Shown here piece by piece: positions 1 through 7,724 of a DNA stretch of 20,878 nucleotides (within the stretch, counting starts at the first letter, position 1; every line of letters starts with the position of its first letter). The position numbers were made by a program, and so were the translations under genes. Below the pieces are notes generated by a model. It did not search any database. It was given only the letters and a program-made list of their open reading frames with translations, and was not told the origin of the DNA. The DNA comes from Candidatus Helarchaeota archaeon (GTDB taxonomy: Archaea; Asgardarchaeota; Lokiarchaeia; Helarchaeales; RDOG01), in assembly GCA_029838215.1 (NCBI GenBank), contig JALGVI010000052.1, positions 1 through 20,878 on the forward strand, in the 5' to 3' direction.

Positions 1-159
1 ACGGTTTTTCCTTGCATGGCATGTTCTAAGCTCATTCTTAATGCAGATATTAAAGAAGTTGTATATATTGAACCGTATGACATGGAAAATGAAATTAAAA
101 TGAAGATGTTCGAACAAAAGGGAATTAAAATCCGGCAATGGAAACCATCTGAAAAATAA
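1..159 (+). CDS. dCMP deaminase / cytidine-deoxycytidylate deaminase family, C-terminal fragment (5' end outside the window)
   Basis: Not in the ORF track. Frame 1 reads TVFPCMACSKLILNADIKEVVYIEPYD...KPSEK*, with the PCxxC zinc motif followed by the typical LIxNAxIKEVVY segment. Stop TAA at 157-159. Confidence 0.85.
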   Translation, partial: TVFPCMACSKLILNADIKEVVYIEPYDMENEIKMKMFEQKGIKIRQWKPSEK

Positions 160-181
160 AAATTCGGTTCGTGTTTTTGAA

Positions 182-1357
182 ATGGATGATAAAATCATTT
201 TACAAGAGCTTTATGCGATAGAAGAAAATACACTTTCCAAGTTTGCAACGTTAAGTCGTTTTGGTTTCCGGCGAAGGCACGAACCCACGGATGTTCGCCC
301 CATTTTTGCCCGTGATGCCGATCGAATTCTGCACTCACTATCTTTCACCCGCTATATCGATAAGACGCAGGTTTTTCATCTCATTAAAAACGATCACATT
401 ACTCATCGCGTCATCCACGTTCAAATGGTCTCGAAAATAGCCCGGCAAATTGCTCGTGTCTTGAAATTGAACGAAGACTTATGCGAGGCAATTGCCATTG
501 GTCACGATATCGGACACACGGCATTCGGTCATGATGGCGAGCAAATTCTTTCTGAATTGTGTAAAAAAAATGGCATTGGGGAATTTCATCATTCGGTTCA
601 AGGTATTCGGTTTTTGGATCAACTCGAAAAACGCGACCGCATCCAAAAAGATGCAGAAGGATTGAACCTGACCCTGCAAGTTTTGGATGGCATTCTAACT
701 CATGATGGTGAGATCGACGAACAAGGATTACATCCAAACCATGAAAAAACATGGAAGATCTTTGACGAAGAAGTCGCTGCAAGACAAAGCGGAAAGAACG
801 TGAACCTCATTCCAATGACTCTTGAAGGATGCTTGGTCCGGATCGTTGATACAATTTCATACATAAGCCGAGATTTTGAAGATGCGATTATCTTGGGTCT
901 TATCGAAAGAGACATGTTGCCCGAAAATTGCCGGAAAATTCTCGGTCAAACACATCGCAAAATCCTGAATACTTTAATTCGAGATATAATGACAAATAGC
1001 AGGAATATTGACCGTATCTCTTATAGTGAACCCGTTTATGAAGCCCTCATCGAAATGAAGAATTTTAATCGGCAACACATCTATTTCAATCCCAAAATTA
1101 AAGTAAACGTTCCAAAAATTCGACAAATGTTCGAAAAGATGTTTGATGTCTTTCGCAAAGATGTAAAAACAAGAAACATGGAATCCCTAATTTTTAAAGA
1201 TCACGTAAATCTGGTCGGCGAGAACTACTTGCAATCAAATAGTGCAGAGGAAATTGTCCGCGATTACTTGGCAGGGATGACCGACAATTATTTTTTAAAA
1301 ATCGTTCAAAAAGAATTTCAATTAGAAGATTTTTTCACGGAGATAGAGATTCATTAA
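182..1357 (+). CDS. dgt: HD-domain deoxyguanosinetriphosphate triphosphohydrolase (dGTPase-like)
   Basis: RDADRILHS, KTQVF, THRVIH, GHDIGHTAFGHDGE (HD motif), later RIVDTISY, and C-terminal RDYLAGMTD all match the Dgt family. Confidence 0.9.
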   Translation: MDDKIILQELYAIEENTLSKFATLSRFGFRRRHEPTDVRPIFARDADRILHSLSFTRYIDKTQVFHLIKNDHITHRVIHVQMVSKIARQIARVLKLNEDLCEAIAIGHDIGHTAFGHDGEQILSELCKKNGIGEFHHSVQGIRFLDQLEKRDRIQKDAEGLNLTLQVLDGILTHDGEIDEQGLHPNHEKTWKIFDEEVAARQSGKNVNLIPMTLEGCLVRIVDTISYISRDFEDAIILGLIERDMLPENCRKILGQTHRKILNTLIRDIMTNSRNIDRISYSEPVYEALIEMKNFNRQHIYFNPKIKVNVPKIRQMFEKMFDVFRKDVKTRNMESLIFKDHVNLVGENYLQSNSAEEIVRDYLAGMTDNYFLKIVQKEFQLEDFFTEIEIH

Positions 1358-1390
1358 ATAAAACGTGTCGTGATCCCTCTCATCACCAGC

Positions 1391-1404
1391 TTTTCTTTAA
1401 TTTT
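1391..1404 (+). terminator. Putative oligo(T) terminator after dgt
   Basis: TTTTCTTTAATTTT follows a 5-bp hairpin (GTGAT-N7-ATCAC, 1370-1386) between two convergent genes. Confidence 0.3.
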
Positions 1405-2183
1405 CATCTTGAAATAAATTCAAGCATGACTTGATTAAGCTTGGGGAAATATCTGGAGTCGTAATGGAACGTGTGTTCGGCATCCTTGAATATTCTCGTC
1501 TGGGCACCCAGCTTTTGATAGAAACTTAAATTTTCCGTGAATAGGTCATGAGTTCCCGTAATGAATAAAATCGGAACCCGCAGTTTTTTAACTTCCTCTT
1601 CAAATGAGACTTCTAAAATGCTGGCAAGCGAAGCGAAAGAACCGTGTGGATCTGTTGCGAAAGCTCGTCGGAAATCATCACGAATTTGTTCTTTAGTCAT
1701 GTTATGGTGCGGTATTTTTATCATTAGATAATTGATCGGCTTGAATAGTCTTGCTAAAATATAAACTAATGGTCGAAGAAGGATTCGTGCGTTTGGAATG
1801 GTTGAAGTTCCCGGTCCAGTGCATAGAAGAATCAGTTTCGAAAGAAGATCGGGATGCTTTATGGCGAAATATTGGGCTAAAATACCGCCCATGGAATGTC
1901 CGATAATGACTGGCTTTGATATTTCCAATTTCTTTATGAACTGGTATAATACGGCTTCCATCAGATCTATCGAATACTGGATTTTTCGTGATTTTTCGCT
2001 CTTGCCATGTCCCAATTGGTCGTAAGCATAGACTTTTGCATGCTTGGAAAAGAATTGAATTTGACGATACCAACCTGTCACGTTGTTTTGCCATCCATGA
2101 AGGAAGATCATTGGTGGTAACTCGTTAGTTTGACCGAATTCCTCATATCTTATGTGATGTCCTGCACAAATAATGACTGGCAT
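1404..2183 (-). CDS. Alpha/beta-fold hydrolase (Ser-Asp-His)
   Basis: HGW oxyanion loop, YDQLGHGKS, nucleophile elbow GHSMGG, GTHD acid and AEH base. Confidence 0.9.
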   Translation of the reverse strand: MPVIICAGHHIRYEEFGQTNELPPMIFLHGWQNNVTGWYRQIQFFSKHAKVYAYDQLGHGKSEKSRKIQYSIDLMEAVLYQFIKKLEISKPVIIGHSMGGILAQYFAIKHPDLLSKLILLCTGPGTSTIPNARILLRPLVYILARLFKPINYLMIKIPHHNMTKEQIRDDFRRAFATDPHGSFASLASILEVSFEEEVKKLRVPILFITGTHDLFTENLSFYQKLGAQTRIFKDAEHTFHYDSRYFPKLNQVMLEFISR

Positions 2184-2281
2184 GACATGTTCCTCAATTT
2201 ATCTCAAACATCTTCTTTAGATATTATTTTAAGCAACTGAATGAATTAATAAATTATTGCACCGACTTAAAAAGAATTTGA

Positions 2282-3286
2282 GTGACAATGACCCGCCCCG
2301 AAGACCTGTTGCAACCGATCAAAGAGCAGAACTCACCTCTGCAAATCACGGAGCCGAAAATCAAGCAATATATTTCAAAAAAACTTGATCTCCAAGTAGA
2401 AGATCTTGCGTTTACAAGATTTCCAAATGGGATCGTGAATGATGTATTCAAAATTGACTGCATTACCTCAAGAGGTTCCCGTTCTTTCGTTCTCAAGTTT
2501 TGCTCTGACCGCTTTGATGGTCAAAAAAACCTGCGTGAATTTCAAATTTTAAAAAATATGGAAAAAATTAACTTGCCTGTTCCTGAAATTCTTTTCTTTG
2601 ATGCGAGTAGGACTTCATGGAATCGTGATGTCATTTGCTGGAGATATGTTGATGGCATTCCATTGTCTGAATTAATTAACACGCGAGATGATGCATGTTA
2701 TTCAATAATTGACCAACTCCAGCAAGTTCTCAAGAAATTGCACGCTAAAACTAAAACCGCTCATTTTGGAATTTCTATCGATGAAAAAGAACGACAAAAA
2801 GAAAGACATGATTCTTATTTTGCGTTTGTTTTTAAATTAGTCTTTGACAAGATGCCCAGATTGCAAGAGTTGCAATTCCCTATAGAGCCGTTTAGGGATT
2901 TTTTCCTACGCGTTAAGGAATCATTCAACGAGATTTCTTTGGATCATGCACTCTGCCATCGTGATGTCACGCCGCTAAATGTCATCGTACATCCTAAAAC
3001 TCATGAGATTTTGGCAATTTTAGATTGGGAATTTGCATGGTATTCTCATCCCACGCTTGATATCGCTTCCACGTATTACCGGCTTTCAAATTATTGGCAA
3101 GATCTTGCAGATTATTTCAAGAAAGATTATGATGACATGCCTTTATTACCGCTCTATATTCTCCGTCGTGGTTTGCTCACGTGTAGTACATACTTCTATA
3201 AACAAAACGACATGTCCCGTCTTAATGTCGAGTTCAACAAATTGAAAACTTTGTTATTAAGACTTGAAAAGGACGCGTGCACGTAA
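2282..3286 (+). CDS. Aminoglycoside phosphotransferase / choline kinase family protein
   Basis: N-lobe GIVNDVFKI and FVLK, Brenner motif HRDVTPLN, and metal-binding LDWE. Alternative ATG at 2288. Confidence 0.85.
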   Translation: MTMTRPEDLLQPIKEQNSPLQITEPKIKQYISKKLDLQVEDLAFTRFPNGIVNDVFKIDCITSRGSRSFVLKFCSDRFDGQKNLREFQILKNMEKINLPVPEILFFDASRTSWNRDVICWRYVDGIPLSELINTRDDACYSIIDQLQQVLKKLHAKTKTAHFGISIDEKERQKERHDSYFAFVFKLVFDKMPRLQELQFPIEPFRDFFLRVKESFNEISLDHALCHRDVTPLNVIVHPKTHEILAILDWEFAWYSHPTLDIASTYYRLSNYWQDLADYFKKDYDDMPLLPLYILRRGLLTCSTYFYKQNDMSRLNVEFNKLKTLLLRLEKDACT

Positions 3287-3402
3287 ATATTTTCATTCAA
3301 ATAAGATAAAAAATATTAAAATACAAAGATACAAATTTTATATCATCAAGTAAAAAGCTTAAGCTTTCATGTAAAAGCCAAATATTACGGAGTGGATGAG
3401 GC

Positions 3403-4068
3403 GTGTCATCAGCCCCAAAAGTCTCGTTTATTTCTGATGAAATAAAAATTGCTGGAACCGATTTTACTTTCCAAGTTGCCGAACTGAAAGGAAATTGGGC
3501 AATAAGAATAATCAATCGAAAAGATAATAAAGTCTTGACAGTCGAAAAACTGGCAAATACGACAGATGCGGCAATCACCGACGTGATCAAGAATGTATTA
3601 GGTCGCAAGTATGGAAAAGAATTGGTTCAGAAAATCGATTATTTCGATTTGGGTGGAAAAATGCCTGCATTGCTCCAAAAGATCCAAGAATTCAAAAATA
3701 CGGGTAAGGTACCTGAGCCCACAATGCCAGTAACTACAGCCGCTCCGACAGCATCACCTGCAAAACCAACACGGAAACCCGATGACTTCTGGTCTGCATA
3801 TGCATCGGCATCTCCTTCAATTCAACGGGCTCCTTCATTACAAGAAGAATCAATCTCCTTTGTTCCCGAACAACCCGTGGAAAATGACACTCCGACACCG
3901 CAGATAGATTATCCAGAAATGCAATATTCTGCACCTCCACCAACGATAGATACTGCTTCCGCTCTTGATTCGACTCTTTCCATTCTAGGCGTAAAATGTC
4001 CAAAGTGCGGAGCCGAGATCGACAACGATGAAGACCGGTGCCCATATTGTGGACAAGAGATCGATTAA
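3403..4068 (+). CDS. Hypothetical protein: N-terminal globular domain, Pro/Thr/Ser-rich linker, C-terminal zinc ribbon
   Basis: GTG start after a GGAG-containing leader. CPKC(3997)-x10-CPYC(4039) at the C-terminus and a low-complexity middle. Confidence 0.75.
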   Translation: MSSAPKVSFISDEIKIAGTDFTFQVAELKGNWAIRIINRKDNKVLTVEKLANTTDAAITDVIKNVLGRKYGKELVQKIDYFDLGGKMPALLQKIQEFKNTGKVPEPTMPVTTAAPTASPAKPTRKPDDFWSAYASASPSIQRAPSLQEESISFVPEQPVENDTPTPQIDYPEMQYSAPPPTIDTASALDSTLSILGVKCPKCGAEIDNDEDRCPYCGQEID

Positions 4069-4090
4069 TCTGACTTTTTTAACAGGATTT

Positions 4091-4612
4091 TTAACCATTC
4101 TCCTGAAGAATGGTGATTAAATCATTATCTAATATTAAAGGATGTAAGTCGTGGTAAAGATCTGATACTTTCTCTGCGTTCTTGCTATTTCTTATCTTCT
4201 CTGCTTGTAGCAACGTTTCGCACGCCTTGATTTGGAAAATAAACCTTGCTTCGGCGTTGTTTTTTCCGTAAAAATCCTTTAAAAATGTCATCACTTCATC
4301 GGGATTGGAAAAAATCGACTCCACTTGCCGTTGGACAAACTTTTCGTTCTTTAAAAACGCTTTCAAGATTGAAGCATCATGGAAAGAAGGAAAATCTGAA
4401 ATTAGGATTGCAGGAATACCATGCAACAAGGACATCGGAAGCAAGACGTTTTTTTCGAACGGCTTGTCTTGACCAATCACGTGGCACATTAAAGCAACAT
4501 GCATGGAATGCTCGGCAATAGATTCTTGAAATTCAATGCCATATTCTGGCCAAATCCTTCTATGAGTATTTTTAAAACGAGTCAACAAAGCAATTATCTG
4601 ATGCAAGTTCAT
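4091..4612 (-). CDS. Degenerate HD-domain protein (YfbR/HDDC2-like 5'-deoxynucleotidase fold)
   Basis: FKNTHRRIW, ESIAEHSMHVA and EARF..E.LLQA match the family. The HD dyad reads HG (LLHGIP) and the late Asp is missing. Confidence 0.7.
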   Translation of the reverse strand: MNLHQIIALLTRFKNTHRRIWPEYGIEFQESIAEHSMHVALMCHVIGQDKPFEKNVLLPMSLLHGIPAILISDFPSFHDASILKAFLKNEKFVQRQVESIFSNPDEVMTFLKDFYGKNNAEARFIFQIKACETLLQAEKIRNSKNAEKVSDLYHDLHPLILDNDLITILQENG

Positions 4613-4642
4613 CTCATTTCAACAAGCATTGATTTTTTAAAT

Positions 4643-5134
4643 TCAGGATTTTATCCTAAACTCATTTAATTGCAAGAAATTCTGAACGTGTTTGAAGAAA
4701 TTTCCAAAGAATTTACCACAACCGATGCGGTCTAGCTTTGGATTCTTCTTCACGTAGTCTAAAATATGAGGATATTGCTTAAATTTTTGAGGACTATTCA
4801 CGACTTTTTGAAAAATGGTCAAAAACCGCAGGTACAACACTTCAATATATGGTTTTATTGGTCGCTTTGCCTCAAAATCTTCGAGAACATGAGAATTTGT
4901 TGCTGTTAGCAATACTATGGCCGTTTGAGCAGCATCGAGGTGTAATAATCGCTCAAACATAATCTTATTTTCTTTTTGAGTGCCAAAAGACGAATCAACA
5001 GATATTCTTTCGGTGATGAAATCCATTAAATCTTGTCTGTATCGTGTTTTTTTTCGATTGGAGCTTGTTTTAGAATCTTGGAAATCTTTGATTTCTTTTA
5101 TTAATTCAAGAATTTCTGTCTTATCGTCCTTCAT
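4643..5134 (-). CDS. Hypothetical protein, predicted helical
   Basis: The ORF is open to 5143. The ATG at 5134 overlaps the JAB gene stop as ATGA, which suggests translational coupling. No motif recognised. Confidence 0.6.
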   Translation of the reverse strand: MKDDKTEILELIKEIKDFQDSKTSSNRKKTRYRQDLMDFITERISVDSSFGTQKENKIMFERLLHLDAAQTAIVLLTATNSHVLEDFEAKRPIKPYIEVLYLRFLTIFQKVVNSPQKFKQYPHILDYVKKNPKLDRIGCGKFFGNFFKHVQNFLQLNEFRIKS

Positions 5135-5799
5135 TTCAACCATTCATTCAGCCGCTTTCTTACCATTTTTTCACTCTTTTCAATGGTCTTCTTTCTAACC
5201 TTATAAACTAATAGGAAATAAGTCTTTAGGATGGCTTCACGTGCCTCCGTCTCGGAAGTGAAAGGTGTAATGACATGCGGGATTTCCCGATAACCATAAT
5301 GATGTTCCATGAACCGTAAGCGGAAAATGCGAAATCCCTCTTGTTCTCGTTCAAATGAAACGTGATCAAAAACGATGGCTATCGCCTTGGGATTGAGTTG
5401 TTGAAAACCCAACTGATTGATGATGTCCGTGTGAGAAAGAAAGAATCCCATTCCCGGATGGCTATGATACCAGCCCACGAAAAATTCCTCACGTTCTTTC
5501 TCCAACAAAAGGTCATTAACTTGGGCTGCAAAGACGTAATCTCTTTCCGAAAATTCCACGTGAACAGAACTTCCATGCGTTACTGGAATGGCATTTGTAA
5601 CCACGACCTCTTGAGTTTCTTCATCATTATATCCAATAATCAACCCATAGCACTCCTTCCATCTAAAGACGTGTTTCCTAAAGTTTGCGTGTTCCACGAC
5701 GTGCTGTATCATCTTTTTTAACGCGGAGAACTCAATGCGCACGGTCCACGCGAAATGCTTGTCAATAAAATCATCCAAATCCGAAATATTAATCACCAT
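5131..5799 (-). CDS. JAB/MPN+ (JAMM) metalloprotease, Rpn11/CSN5-like
   Basis: ECYGLIIG and GWYHSHPGMGFFLSHTD (5425-5472) form an intact E-xn-HxH-x7-S-x2-D motif, followed by Q..FQ....AIAIVFD. Open to TTG 5808, likely ATG at 5799. Confidence 0.9.
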   Translation of the reverse strand: MVINISDLDDFIDKHFAWTVRIEFSALKKMIQHVVEHANFRKHVFRWKECYGLIIGYNDEETQEVVVTNAIPVTHGSSVHVEFSERDYVFAAQVNDLLLEKEREEFFVGWYHSHPGMGFFLSHTDIINQLGFQQLNPKAIAIVFDHVSFEREQEGFRIFRLRFMEHHYGYREIPHVITPFTSETEAREAILKTYFLLVYKVRKKTIEKSEKMVRKRLNEWLK

Positions 5800-5916
5800 C
5801 AATTGCAAGAGAGATTACTTGTAGATTAATTTTTGACATAGCTACATCTTAACTTTTTATGCAAATTGTTTCTATTAGTTATTATCATCATCATCATCAA
5901 AAATGGATGTTTTCAA

Positions 5917-6414
5917 ATGAATGATGAGAATCGAATGGATGGTTTAACTCATTTAAAGAAAAAGGTCGAGCCACAAAAATATACATACGATCCGAAGCTT
6001 TTAGAACATTTTCCCAATAAATATCGAGATCGTGATTATTGGGTTTCCTTGACCTGTTTTGAATTCACCAGCTTGTGTCCTGTTACAGGTCAACCTGATC
6101 ATGCAACGATTTTCATCAATTATGTTCCTGATGAGTTCTTGATAGAGTCCAAATCATTAAAACTGTACTTGCAATCTTTTAGAAATGAAGGTGCCTTTAA
6201 CGAAGATCTCACAAACCGCATTCTCGATGATTTGATAAATCTAATAAATCCAAGGTACATGGAAGTCATTAGCGAATTCAATTCAAGAGGTGGGATAATC
6301 ATCATTCCATTCGTCAACTACGGAAAAGACCCTGACTGGAAAGAATTTGCCAAAGAACGGTTTTTAACGCGTGAATTGGAAACCTTCACGATCGAAGAAG
6401 AAGAATCAGAATAA
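5917..6414 (+). CDS. queF: NADPH-dependent 7-cyano-7-deazaguanine (preQ0) reductase, unimodular Bacillus type
   Basis: EFTSLCPVTGQPD (catalytic Cys/Asp), QueF signature ESKSLKLY (from 6145), FRNEGAFNED and RGGI..PFVNYG. ATG 5917 is preferred over the TTG 5866 extension. Confidence 0.93.
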   Translation: MNDENRMDGLTHLKKKVEPQKYTYDPKLLEHFPNKYRDRDYWVSLTCFEFTSLCPVTGQPDHATIFINYVPDEFLIESKSLKLYLQSFRNEGAFNEDLTNRILDDLINLINPRYMEVISEFNSRGGIIIIPFVNYGKDPDWKEFAKERFLTRELETFTIEEEESE

Positions 6415-6428
6415 CCATTAGGTCTGGT

Positions 6429-7562
6429 ATGATGTTTGATTTTCTATTAAAGGAAAAGACTGATGATGCTCGATGTTGCATCATGAAGACACCTCACGGT
6501 TCTGTTGAAACTCCTGCATTCATTTGTGTTGCAACGAAAGGAACGATTCGAAGTCTCTTTGCAAAAGATTTGGAAGAACTCGGTGCCCAACTTCTAATTG
6601 TAAATGCCATTCACGTTTTTCTAAAGCCAAGTGCCGATATCATTAAAAAAGCAGGAGGACTGCACGAATATATGGCATGGAAAAAGCCTCTCATCACGGA
6701 TTCTGGTGGTTTTCAAGTCATAAGTCCTCAATTTGGCGGCGTTGTCAAAGAAGAGGGAATTCGATTCAAATCACCTTATTATCCCGCAAAACATCATTTT
6801 ATCACGCCAGAAATCTCCATGCAGATGCAAGCCGATTTGGGTGCTGACATTGTAATGGCCTTTGATGAATGCCCTGCATATGGCGGAGCTAATGACCGTT
6901 CTTACATGGAAAGTTCTTTAGAACGTACGGCGCGCTGGCTAAAATCGTGTAGAGAATATAATATCAAGAATAACGGAAGACAGGCATTATTCGGAATCGT
7001 GCAAGGCGGGAGTTTTCTTGATCTCAGAAAAAAAAGCCTTGAATTAACACTAAATGCCGGATCATTACCAGGTTATGCGTTAGGTGGTCTGAGCGTGGGA
7101 GAGCCGCAAGACGTTCGGTTCAAAATACTCAAAGAAATAACGCCGCTACTACCTCCTGAAAAGCCGCGCTATTTGATGGGTGTCGGCACGCCCGAAGATA
7201 TACTCGAAGGCGTTGAACACGGAATTGATCTCTTTGATTCCGTTTATCCCACTAAAATTGCTCGACATGGATCTGTTTTCACTCATGAAGGCATCAAGCA
7301 CATCGATTCAATGAATCATTATAATGATCTTGGTCCAATTGACCCCGAATGCAACTGTTTTATTTGTCAAACGTATTCCCTGTCTTATGCATGCCATCTA
7401 TTTCGAGATCCTGCCACGTATCTAACTGGTGCACGAATGCTGATTTATCACAACCTGCATTTCTTATTGAAATTAATGCAAGACATTAGGGAATCCATAC
7501 GCGCTAATACTTTTCGTGAATTCAAAGCTGAATTTCTGAAATCTTACAAAAAAAGGCATTAG
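6429..7562 (+). CDS. tgt: tRNA-guanine transglycosylase, bacterial (queuosine, G34) type
   Basis: TDSGGFQV, AFDEC, GIVQGG, GGLSVGE, PRYLMGVG, DLFDSVYPT and zinc site CNCFIC...HN. At 377 aa it lacks the PUA-containing extension of archaeosine TGT. Confidence 0.93.
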   Translation: MMFDFLLKEKTDDARCCIMKTPHGSVETPAFICVATKGTIRSLFAKDLEELGAQLLIVNAIHVFLKPSADIIKKAGGLHEYMAWKKPLITDSGGFQVISPQFGGVVKEEGIRFKSPYYPAKHHFITPEISMQMQADLGADIVMAFDECPAYGGANDRSYMESSLERTARWLKSCREYNIKNNGRQALFGIVQGGSFLDLRKKSLELTLNAGSLPGYALGGLSVGEPQDVRFKILKEITPLLPPEKPRYLMGVGTPEDILEGVEHGIDLFDSVYPTKIARHGSVFTHEGIKHIDSMNHYNDLGPIDPECNCFICQTYSLSYACHLFRDPATYLTGARMLIYHNLHFLLKLMQDIRESIRANTFREFKAEFLKSYKKRH

Positions 7563-7724
7563 ATTCGTTAAAAACTTTCATTCTGAACTAATACCTCGGA
7601 TTCAGCAAGTCATGTTTTCAAATCATGGAATAAAAGATTTATATCAAGATTTTCAAAAATTAAAATGAATGAGAATACAATGGATTTTAAATTAATGGTA
7701 ATTCTTACTTCGAGTGAAATGTAG

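Noticed and set aside
5820-5865. TAGCTACA (5839-5846) upstream of queF resembles the loop of the B. subtilis preQ1-I riboswitch
   Set aside because: There is no enclosing 5-bp P1 stem, and the 3' tail is T-rich rather than the required A-rich pseudoknot tail. An Infernal search with the preQ1 Rfam models would settle it.
5884-5898. (ATC)5 microsatellite giving the IIIII stretch in the extended queF ORF
   Set aside because: It lies upstream of the likely ATG (5917), is short and has no evident function. The TTG 5866 extension is probably spurious.
5917-6414. QueF as the archaeosine amidinotransferase QueF-L or as GTP cyclohydrolase I
   Set aside because: The NADPH-binding QueF motif ESKSLKLY is intact and the FolE zinc-ligand pattern is absent.
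6429-7562. TGT as a DpdA-type DNA-modifying enzyme
   Set aside because: It keeps the tRNA-TGT pocket (FDEC, GGLSVGE) and high overall similarity to bacterial Tgt. No dpdB-K, restriction or phage genes are nearby.
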